Assembly (NCBI GenBank): GCA_963843795.1
Contig: CAWJLW010000006.1
Span: forward strand, 3,546,375 to 3,610,374
From: an uncultured bacterium
GTDB lineage: Bacteria > Armatimonadota > Abditibacteriia > Abditibacteriales > Abditibacteriaceae
Direction of reading: 5' to 3'
DNA: 64,000 bases
Below are positions 56,103 to 64,000 of this stretch, piece after piece; the first letter of the stretch is position 1; the number at the start of each line of letters is the position of its first letter. The notes below the pieces were generated by a model. That model was not told where the DNA came from. It saw nothing but the letters and a program-made list of their open reading frames with translations, and ran no database searches. The translations under genes were made by a program, and so were the position numbers.

Positions 56103-56783
56103 TCACAGAACTACAACTTTAGTTTGCGAAGGCACACGTTGATAGAGGTCGATCACGTCCTGGTTCATCATTCGAATGCATCCGGATGAGACGGCGTGTC
56201 CAATCGTTTCCGGCTCCGTCGTACCGTGAATCCGGTACAGGGTGTCCTTGCCGTCCTTGAACAGGTAGAGAGCGCGGGCGCCGAGTGGATTGCCTGTACC
56301 TCCGTCCATGCCGTCGACCCATTTCGCATAGCGCTTCGGCTCACGCCTGATCATATCGGGCGTCGGCGTCCAGTGCGGCCACCTGGCTTTGCGGCCGACC
56401 TGCGCTGTACCGGAAACAGCCAATCCCTCGCGCCCGACCCCAACCCCGTAACGGATCGCCTTGCCGCCCTCGAGAACGAGGTAGAGGAATCGACGACGCG
56501 GATCGACGACAACCGCGCCAGGTTGCTCCCGGGTGGGAAACTCGACTACTTGCTTCACGTAGGCTGGGCGCAGATCCGCGGGATCGACAGCCGGCACCAC
56601 GAACTTGCCATCATCGATCGAGGCGTATCGCGCAGCGATCTCGGGGCTTACCGCTGGCATTTGCGGTGCCGCCGCGCCTCCGGACCCAAGACTGGCCTGG
56701 CTCGACATGCATCCGCCAAGCGCCACAAGGACGCCGATCGCGAGGACGGCCTTGAGCGGCCGCCAGACCACGACGTTCCTCAT
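56103..56783 (-). CDS. L,D-transpeptidase lipoprotein (YkuD/ErfK family)
   Basis: Lipobox LGGC, YGVGVGR, NPLGARALY, HGT...SSGCIRM. Confidence 0.92.
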   Translation of the reverse strand: MRNVVVWRPLKAVLAIGVLVALGGCMSSQASLGSGGAAAPQMPAVSPEIAARYASIDDGKFVVPAVDPADLRPAYVKQVVEFPTREQPGAVVVDPRRRFLYLVLEGGKAIRYGVGVGREGLAVSGTAQVGRKARWPHWTPTPDMIRREPKRYAKWVDGMDGGTGNPLGARALYLFKDGKDTLYRIHGTTEPETIGHAVSSGCIRMMNQDVIDLYQRVPSQTKVVVL

Positions 56784-57413
56784 CGGGTTGCCTGCCGCGA
56801 ACGTGCCTGAGACACCGCCTTGCGGAAGCCGTCCTCGTCGAGGGCTTCCGCTACCTTGAAGGGGCCAACGAGATACACAGGCGTGCCCTGAAGACCCATC
56901 GAGTTCTGCCTGACCAAGATTGCGGCGCAGAAGGGCGGTGATCGGTTCGGCTTGAGCCTGCATGTCTGCTTGTAGTCGGGCCATGTCGATTCCCGCCCCA
57001 GCGACGGCATCCCGCATCTGTTCCTTCGGGATCTTGCGACCGGGAATGCCCATCAAGGCGTCATGGGCCGCTTGGTACTTTCCCTGGTACTTGGCGCCGA
57101 GCGCCATCTGAGCGCCCAGCATCGAGGCGTCGGTGAGAATGGGCCAGTCTTTGTACACGAGCCTAATCCTGCCATCCTGCTTCACGACCTTGTCGAGAGC
57201 TGGCTCCGACTTCTTGCAGAAAGGACAGTTGTAATCGAAGAACGTGACGATCGTGACATCGCCTTTCGGGTTGCCGGCCTCAGGCGCGTCCGGATCGTGC
57301 AAGATCGCGTTTGTGTCGACGCCTTGCGCCCAGGCCGGTGCGGGTGTGAGATACCGGAACAGAGGCCATGCCGCAGCTGCGCCAGCAAGGAGCAAAGTTT
57401 CTCGTCGGTTCAT
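56780..57413 (-). CDS. DsbA-family thioredoxin-fold protein; frameshift near 56905
   Basis: Tat-like MNRRETL, FFDYNCPFC, KDWPIL, GLQGTP in second frame ending TGA 56780. Confidence 0.88.
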
Positions 57414-57437
57414 GTCATCAACTCCGTAAGAGGCATG

Positions 57438-59249
57438 TCACGCCTGGACGCGGTCCAGAACGCGTCGGAACTCGTCGACCGAGATCTCTCCGGTTGAACG
57501 AGCGGCGGCTATTTCTCGCCCATCGCGCGGGTTGAGGAAGACGAGGGTGGGCGGTCCGACCACGCCGAAACGGCGCATCAGGGCGGCGCTGTCCATGCCC
57601 GTCCGAGTGACGTCAGCGCGAATCACGCGAAGCGAACGCAAGCGGTCGCGTACGGCGGGGTTTGCGAAGACGTCGCGCTCCATCGCTTTGCACGAGGTGC
57701 ACCACTCCGCCGAGAATTCGACGAGCACGGGCCTTGTCTCGCCGCGAGCGGTCGCGAGCGCAGCATCGAGTTCGGCGACGCTACGAACCGTCGTCACCGC
57801 CGAGACCGCGGCGGCGACCTGCTGTCGCTTGGCGAAAGCCAGCGGACGCAAGGGATCGTCGGCGCCCGCCGCCATGCCCACGACGAGCGTCCCCCCATAG
57901 ATGACGGCGAGAAGACCAGCCGACTTCCGCAGCCGCGGAACCGTGCCGTCCGATGCCGCGACCGGATCGAAGGCTCCGGCGAACACTCCGGCTCCCACCG
58001 CCAGGGCTGCCCACAGAGCCATCGTGGCTTGGGGCGGGAGGACGCGTCCGAGCAGCGCGACGGCGATCGCAAGAAAGACGAAGCCGAAGGCGCGGTTAGC
58101 GAGGAGGAGCCACGCTCCGGAGCGTGGGAGGATGCGGGCGCCGAATGTACCAACCGCGACGAGAGGAAGCCCCATTCCGAGGCCGAGAGCGAAAAGAGCG
58201 AAGGCGCCCCGGGCGACGTCGCCGGTCTGTCCGACATAGATCAGCGCGGCCGCGAGCGGTGGCGTGACGCAAGGTCCGACGATTAGCGCCGAGGTGAAGC
58301 CGAGCGCGGCGGCGCCTGCGACAGGTCCTGAGCGGCTGCCGAGTCGGCCAGCCATCTTGTCGGTCAAGCCCGCTGGCAGGCGCAATTCGAAGAGGCCGAA
58401 GCTTGCCAAGGCGAGGCCCACGAACACGGCAGCCATCACGGCGAGCGCGGCCGGCGCTTGAAGCAGATTCTGAAGGTTCTGCCCGGACCACGCCGCCGCG
58501 ATGCCGAGCACTCCATAAGCTGCCGCCATGGCCAGGACGTAGACGGACGAGAGGATGAAGCCCCGGAGCGACGTCAGCCCGCCCGCCGACCGAGACAACA
58601 TTCCGACCAGGATCGGTACCATCGGCAGGACGCACGGCGTGAAGGCGAGGAGAAGTCCAAGGCCGAGAAAGGTAATACCGAGCCCCGTCCAACTTCCGCT
58701 CAAGGCCGACGGTGCGGCGAGGGATAGCGTTAAGCTCGTGCCGCCTGGAGGAGCGCCGGCCTGCCACGTGTCAGTCGACGCCGAAGGTGTTGCCGCACTG
58801 TCCGTACCCGGCCTGTCTGCGCCGACCTGAAGGGTCATCGCGTCGACCTTGGCGGTTTCAGGCGGGTAGCAGATGCCGCGGTCTGCACACCCCTGAAACG
58901 TCACCAGCAGGGCGGACTCATCCTGAAAGGCGGATCGATCGAGGGTGGCGATCGTCCGGTGACGGTAGATCTCGGTCGGCCCAAAATTCGGGTCGTCCTT
59001 CATCTCGCCAGCTGGAAGGCGTAGCGGTATCGACTGGCCGTCAGAGCCGCTGATCGTGATCTTGTCCCTGTAGAGATAGCTGCCGCGCTCGATCGACCAG
59101 ATGAGTCTCAGCCCACCGCCCTCCGCCTTCTCGGCCGAGAGCACGAATGCGGGCTCCAGCGTTTGGGCCGACATGGCGCAATCAACCGCGAGCCCCAGAA
59201 ACAGGATCGCGGTCGAGGCCAGAACCGTGAGGTAGCTTAAGATCCGCAT
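57438..59249 (-). CDS. dsbD: Thiol:disulfide interchange protein DsbD
   Basis: QGCADRGICYPP, FTPCVLPM, GPCVTPPL, WCTSCK. Confidence 0.93.
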   Translation of the reverse strand: MRILSYLTVLASTAILFLGLAVDCAMSAQTLEPAFVLSAEKAEGGGLRLIWSIERGSYLYRDKITISGSDGQSIPLRLPAGEMKDDPNFGPTEIYRHRTIATLDRSAFQDESALLVTFQGCADRGICYPPETAKVDAMTLQVGADRPGTDSAATPSASTDTWQAGAPPGGTSLTLSLAAPSALSGSWTGLGITFLGLGLLLAFTPCVLPMVPILVGMLSRSAGGLTSLRGFILSSVYVLAMAAAYGVLGIAAAWSGQNLQNLLQAPAALAVMAAVFVGLALASFGLFELRLPAGLTDKMAGRLGSRSGPVAGAAALGFTSALIVGPCVTPPLAAALIYVGQTGDVARGAFALFALGLGMGLPLVAVGTFGARILPRSGAWLLLANRAFGFVFLAIAVALLGRVLPPQATMALWAALAVGAGVFAGAFDPVAASDGTVPRLRKSAGLLAVIYGGTLVVGMAAGADDPLRPLAFAKRQQVAAAVSAVTTVRSVAELDAALATARGETRPVLVEFSAEWCTSCKAMERDVFANPAVRDRLRSLRVIRADVTRTGMDSAALMRRFGVVGPPTLVFLNPRDGREIAAARSTGEISVDEFRRVLDRVQA

Positions 59250-59289
59250 CGCGACCGTGCCAGTGACGGCCACGAGCATCGCCGCTCAG

Positions 59290-59306
59290 CTTAAGGCAGG
59301 CTTAAG
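59290..59306. promoter_or_regulatory. PmrA/QseB-type direct-repeat box
   Basis: CTTAAG-N5-CTTAAG between divergent dsbD and the response regulator. Confidence 0.65.
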
Positions 59307-59340
59307 GGAGGGAGGCGAGACGCGCGGTTCGGAGGACCTC

Positions 59341-60003
59341 ATGCGCATCCTCGTGGTCGAGGACGACCCGATCTTGTCAGACGGCTTGCGAGCCGGTCTG
59401 TCTCTGACTGGCGCCACCGTCGATGGTGTTGCTACCTGCGAAGACGCGACGACGGCCCTGTTAACGACCACCTACTCCGCGATCGTTCTCGACATCATGC
59501 TGCCGGACGGCAGCGGCATCGACTTCCTGCGGGCTATGAGGCGACAGCGGGACGCTACGCCCGTCCTGCTCCTCACGGCGCGCGACAGCGTGGGCGACAA
59601 GGTCGAGGGCCTTGATGCCGGGGCGGATGATTATCTGGCGAAGCCCTTCGATCTCGACGAACTCGCGGCACGTCTTCGGGCTATCACGCGGCGCGAGAGT
59701 GGGCGCATCGATGCTCGCCTGACGTATGGTGGGATCGTCTTGTCGCCGGCTGATCTCAGCGTCACGGTCGAGGGTCGGGCGGTGAACCTGTCGCGGCGGG
59801 AATTCGCCATTCTGTCGGCGTTAATGGAGCGGCCCGGCCAGATCCGTTCGCGCGGCGAGCTGGAAGATCGGCTTTATGGCTGGCAGGAGGAAGTGGAGAG
59901 CAACGCCGTGGAGGTTCATATCCACCATCTGCGCGGCAAAATCGGGCGGGACGTCATCGAGACGCTTCGCGGTAGCGGTTATAGGATGAGGGCCGTCCGA
60001 TGA
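59341..60003 (+). CDS. OmpR-family response regulator (QseB/PmrA-like)
   Basis: MRILVVEDD, GADDYLAKPF, SNAVEVHIHHLRGK. Confidence 0.93.
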   Translation: MRILVVEDDPILSDGLRAGLSLTGATVDGVATCEDATTALLTTTYSAIVLDIMLPDGSGIDFLRAMRRQRDATPVLLLTARDSVGDKVEGLDAGADDYLAKPFDLDELAARLRAITRRESGRIDARLTYGGIVLSPADLSVTVEGRAVNLSRREFAILSALMERPGQIRSRGELEDRLYGWQEEVESNAVEVHIHHLRGKIGRDVIETLRGSGYRMRAVR

Positions 60004-61313
60004 GATCGCTTCGGGTCGGGCTATTCGTGACGCTGATCGCGGCAACCGGCTTCGTGTGGCTGGCGGCGGTGGCCTGGATCTATGTCGGGAGCCGCCGCGA
60101 GGTCGAGCACGTCCTGGATACGAGGCTCCAAGAGGCGGCCCGAATGGTCGCGTCGCTAGCATCCGGATTCGACGCCTCGAGCGGGCGAGGAGCTTCGACC
60201 ACCATCGCGCCGCTCGGAAGCTATGAGCGGCAGCTCTCGTGTCAGGTCTGGTCGCTGGACGGGCGGTTGATCGCGCTCTCAAGCGGCGCGCCCGATCAGC
60301 AACTCTCTCAAACGCCCTCCGGGTTCTCCGATCGGACCATCGAAGGTGTGTCCTGGCGCGTGTTCACCGTCGAGGACGCGGACCGCAACGTCCGCGTCAT
60401 GGTGGGTGACCGGATCGGTCTTCGCGAACGGTTGGTGACCGATCTCATTAAGGGTCTGATGTGGCCCGCCCTTCTGATCGCACCGCTGCTCGGGGGCGTG
60501 ATCTGGGCAAGCGTCGGGCGCGGCTTGCGGCCGCTCTCACGCATCGCAGGTGATCTCGCCGCTCGGGACGCGGATGATATGCGGCCCGTTGAGAGTGCTC
60601 AGGCACCCGTCGAAGTCAGGCCTTTGGCAGACGCCCTCAATGGGCTGTTCGGGAAAGTGGAGGCGGCACGTCGGCACGAACGCGATGTTACGGCTTTCGC
60701 TGCGCACGAGCTGCGCACACCGTTGGCGGGCTTGAAGACTCAGGCTCAGGTCGCGCTCGCTGCGAAAGACCCGATCGTTGTCCGCAACGCTCTCCATCAG
60801 ATCGTAGCCGCTGTTGACCGGAGCACCCGCCTGGTTCGTCAGTTGCTCACGATTGCGCGGCTCGACGCGGAAATGGCTGATCCGCCCCGGACACGAGTCG
60901 AGGTCGGAGCGCTGTTGGAAGAGATCGTCGCCGGTATCTCAGCCGATGAGAACACCGAGGTTAAAATCGGCCCGAGCGCGCGTGACCTCATCCTGCACAC
61001 CAATCCTGACTGCCTTCAGCTTGCATTACGCAATCTTCACGAAAACGCTGTCCAATATAGCTCCGGTGGCCGCGTTACATGGGCTGCGTGCGGGAATATG
61101 CTGGCGGTAGAGGATGAGGGGCCAGGTATACCTCAGGACGAGCTTGTGAAGCTCGGGACGCGGTTTTTCCGCGGAAGGCGAAGCAGCCAAGCCGGGAGCG
61201 GGCTCGGGTTGTCGATCGTCAAACTCGCTCTGGCCAAGATCGGAGCCGAGCTAACCATCTCCAACCGGCCCGGTCGGAGCGGTATCAGGTCGGAAGTAAC
61301 CTTCCTCGCCTGA
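60000..61313 (+). CDS. Sensor histidine kinase (QseC/PmrB-like)
   Basis: Two TMs, HELRTPL, NLHENA, DEGPGI, GSGLGL. Confidence 0.93.
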   Translation: MRSLRVGLFVTLIAATGFVWLAAVAWIYVGSRREVEHVLDTRLQEAARMVASLASGFDASSGRGASTTIAPLGSYERQLSCQVWSLDGRLIALSSGAPDQQLSQTPSGFSDRTIEGVSWRVFTVEDADRNVRVMVGDRIGLRERLVTDLIKGLMWPALLIAPLLGGVIWASVGRGLRPLSRIAGDLAARDADDMRPVESAQAPVEVRPLADALNGLFGKVEAARRHERDVTAFAAHELRTPLAGLKTQAQVALAAKDPIVVRNALHQIVAAVDRSTRLVRQLLTIARLDAEMADPPRTRVEVGALLEEIVAGISADENTEVKIGPSARDLILHTNPDCLQLALRNLHENAVQYSSGGRVTWAACGNMLAVEDEGPGIPQDELVKLGTRFFRGRRSSQAGSGLGLSIVKLALAKIGAELTISNRPGRSGIRSEVTFLA

Positions 61314-61529
61314 TAAGGCCGAGGCCTTCGCTTGATGCTTTCGCAAACTCGTCCTGGATTCGACTACTCTCACCTCAGAGCCCTGCGGCCACGTCTTCAC
61401 CCACGCCGAGCGCTGTCGCGAACACTTTATCGACGTGGCGGCTTGCAGCGCGCCTGGAAGGCGACCGACGCCGGGCGCCACGATGGGGGCAATTGCCGAA
61501 GCCTTGTCACGCGGGCGAACACCGGCAGA

Positions 61530-61994
61530 CGCGTCTAGGCCGACACGGTCGAGCGAAGGTCCGGCGCTCCGCCGCTCCGAAGAGGACCACGTCGTACGTA
61601 TCGGGCTCGACGCCCTCGACCTCCATGCCGGGCGAACCGACCGGCATGCCGGGAACAGCGAGGCCGACGCCTTTCGGCTTCTCCGCCAGAAGCGCTTGAT
61701 GGCGCAGGCCGGCAGGTGCCCCTCTATGACGTAGCCGCCCACCTGGGCGGTGTGACAGGAGGCCAGCGCCCGTGGAACGCCGAGCTTCGCCTTGAGCGGA
61801 TTGACGGGTCCTTCCGTCACGGTTGCCCGGAAACCCTCCTGCCTCAAGTGAGCGACCCAGGCCTCGCAGCAGCCGCAGCTCGGATCCTTGGTGACAGCGA
61901 CTTCCGGAAGCCCGTCCGCGCGGGCCGGCGCGACAAGAGCGAAGGTCGCGAGCCCGGCGAGGGCCCGTCGACGCGTGAAGGCAAATCTCTGCAT
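61530..61994 (-). CDS. DUF411/CopG-like periplasmic metal-binding protein; frameshifts, 3' end approximate
   Basis: CGCC, SCHT, EGH, and GLAVPGMPVGSPGME in the shifted frame. Confidence 0.85.
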
Positions 61995-62010
61995 TCAGGG
62001 TCTCCTTGGG

Positions 62011-62123
62011 TCAGCGGAAGAACAGGAACTTGATCAGCGCGGCGACGATCAGGACCACCAACACAAGGGCGACCGCGCCAACAGGCCCATGCCCCACATC
62101 ATGCCGCCCATCATGTCATGCAT
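62011..62123 (-). CDS. Small Met-rich membrane peptide (one indel)
   Basis: [15 protein letters not shown] joined to [20 protein letters not shown]. Confidence 0.5.
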
Positions 62124-62199
62124 GGCGTACGGGCCTTTCCCAGCCAGTGGCCGCTCTGTCGCGATCCCCGCGGCGGCGCAGGATGATGTCTGTGACTGA

Positions 62200-62520
62200 T
62201 CAGGCGCCCGACGTCGCGAGCCCGACCTTGAGATGACGCCGGCGAAACGGCTTCCTCGGGCAGTTTCGTTGCGAGACCGCGAGGCAGACCGCGGGCTTTG
62301 ACGAGCCCGTAGAGGGCCGGGATGACGACGAGGGTCAGCGCTGTCGACGACACCATGCCGCCGATCATCGGCACGGCGATACGCTGCATGATCTCGGACC
62401 CGGCCCCTTTGCTCCACAGGATCGGCACGAGGCCGGCCATGATGGCGACGACCGTCATCATCTTCGGCCGCACGCGCTCGACCGCGCCGATCATGGTTGC
62501 GCGGTGCAGATCCGCCCGTG
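62200..62520 (-). pseudogene. cusA: C-terminal fragment of a CusA/SilA heavy-metal RND pump
   Basis: [31 protein letters not shown]; no upstream part; ends approximate. Confidence 0.85.
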
Positions 62521-62539
62521 TGGGCGGATCCGAGCCGAC

Positions 62540-62785
62540 GCGACTTCATCTGCCGTCCTGCCGTTCGTAAGGAACGAGGACGGCGAACTCTGCCCCAACG
62601 GGGCGATCGAGTGCCATTCCCCGACCGAAGCAGCGGCTCGGGGTCGCGCTTGGGTCGCGGGCCGGGCCGGCGCCATCGCATTCTCCCGGGCGGGCAACCC
62701 CGACGTCGGCGATTTTGATCACCGGCCGGCCTGCTTGGACGGGAGAGTGCGACGGCTGCTCAAGAGCGCCTCCTTGGTGCGGTAA
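62540..62785 (+). CDS. Hypothetical protein fragment
   Basis: [11 protein letters not shown]...[16 protein letters not shown] reads like a coding segment; start unclear. Confidence 0.35.
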   Translation, partial: ATSSAVLPFVRNEDGELCPNGAIECHSPTEAAARGRAWVAGRAGAIAFSRAGNPDVGDFDHRPACLDGRVRRLLKSASLVR

Positions 62786-63411
62786 AAGGGCGCTGTCGCC
62801 ACGTACTGGGTGCGCAGCGGATACGTCGGAGCTGCAGCGGAGATTGCAACGAGTCTTCGAGTCGCCTATGGTTGATCGATGATCGGTCTCGTTTTCGTTG
62901 TCGTTCGCCTCCTGTACCTCGGCCGCATCCTGGCCTGGGTCTGGGGGTCAAAGCCGCTCGAACTCGGCGACATCGTCTTTCTCGTCCCAATTTTGGTCGT
63001 GGTGCTCGCTCATTCGCGAGGCGAGGCGTGCGCACGGGCCGAGGCAGTCGGCAGCTGTCGCAGAGGTGGACGCGAGCGACGAACGCGGGCCGGTCCCGCA
63101 GAACGAGAGAGCGACCGAGCGAGGCGAGAAGAGGAGAACTGCGGCGGCAGCAGGAATGGGCGGCGGCTGAGTACCATTGGTGGAAGCGCTAGCGGGCCGA
63201 ATCCGCTCGACCGCTATCCCGAGGCGGAGCGAAGAAGCCGCCGAGCCAAGTGACCTACGAGCTCCAGACCTCGTGTGGCGAAGAGGCAACACGGAACCGC
63301 TCGCGCGGACAGCGCCTCACAATCGACCCTTGCCCGTCGGCAAGAGTCGCCTTTAGTTGACTCTCATCTGAGTCAACCTTGGTTGATTCGTCGGAGGCGG
63401 CGTGAGCGGAC

Positions 63412-64000
63412 ATGAGGACGGTCTGTTATGCGTCCATGGTGGTGGCAGCGGGGCTGATCGGCAGCGCGGAAGCCAGCGAGAAGCTGCCTCATCGCGTCCT
63501 GGCCGCGGCGGTCGACCGGGACGGGACCGTCCGGATCGACGGGCGGACGAGCGAGGCTGCATCGCCCCAGTTCATCGGGGCCGCGATCCCGCGCCGCCGG
63601 CAGCTTCGCGCCTACGCCGGCCGCGGCTGGCACATGCGGCTTCGGCAAGGTTCCCTCCCCGTCGGAGGCTGAGGCGCTCGCCCGCAGGATCGCCACCGAG
63701 GAAGGTTTTGACCCAAGCCTGGTCGTGGCGGTCGCGCGCGCCGAGAGCCGCTTCCGCATGGACCAGGTCTCGCCGAAGGGCGCGGTCGGCCTCATGCAGC
63801 TCATGCCGGCGACCGCCAAGCGCTTCGGCGTCGACGCTTGCGATCCGGCCGACAACGTCCGGGGCGGCGTCCGCTTCCTGCGTGTTCTTCAGGAGCGCTA
63901 CCGCAATCCCATGCACGTCCTCGCCGCCTACAACGCGGGCGAGGATGCGGTCGAGCAGCACCGGGGCGTCCCGCCCTATCCCGAGACGGTCCGCTACGTC
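63412..64000 (+). CDS. Lytic transglycosylase (SLT domain, VirB1-like); frameshifted and running off the window
   Basis: ARAES, SPKGAVGLMQLMP, LAAYNAG, PPYPETVRYV. Confidence 0.88.

Noticed and set aside
56103..57413. DsbA/L,D-transpeptidase fusion ORF of 436 aa
   Set aside because: The DsbA C-terminus (GLQGTP) lies in another frame ending at 56780, and the transpeptidase has its own ATG and lipobox; an indel explains the fusion

Overview
The window is not homogeneous. Bases 1 to ~52450 are a moderate-GC bacterial chromosome segment; an Armatimonadota/Abditibacteriota-like source is my inference and is not verified. It carries heme O synthase, a complete alternative complex III (actABCDEFG) + SCO + caa3-type (A2) oxidase operon, a Ser/Thr kinase, proS, pheA, a GH27-like hydrolase, accDA, tRNA-Leu(CAA), queG, an NYN-LOTUS ribonuclease, a GGDEF protein, corA, aroQ, metK, two degraded gmd genes (one cut by an IS with clear TIRs and TSD), a small Xre/replication-like module and a Wzm/Wzt polysaccharide locus. 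This part is saturated with the palindrome GCAAGTACTTGC (at least 23 exact copies counted by eye, in spacers, terminator tips and ORFs) and holds an unannotated tRNA-shaped element at 25429-25503. At ~52450 and ~53065 genes break mid-ORF and the DNA switches to very high GC (actinobacterial-like), then to alphaproteobacterial-like DNA, so the contig is probably chimeric. The last part carries a two-component-regulated cluster (dsbD, dsbA-like, L,D-transpeptidase, tsdBA, Tat/DsrE-like) beside copper-resistance remnants and a lytic transglycosylase. Many single-base frameshifts, including in normally essential genes, point to sequencing or assembly indels rather than true pseudogenes. All calls come from reading the sequence; no database search was run.
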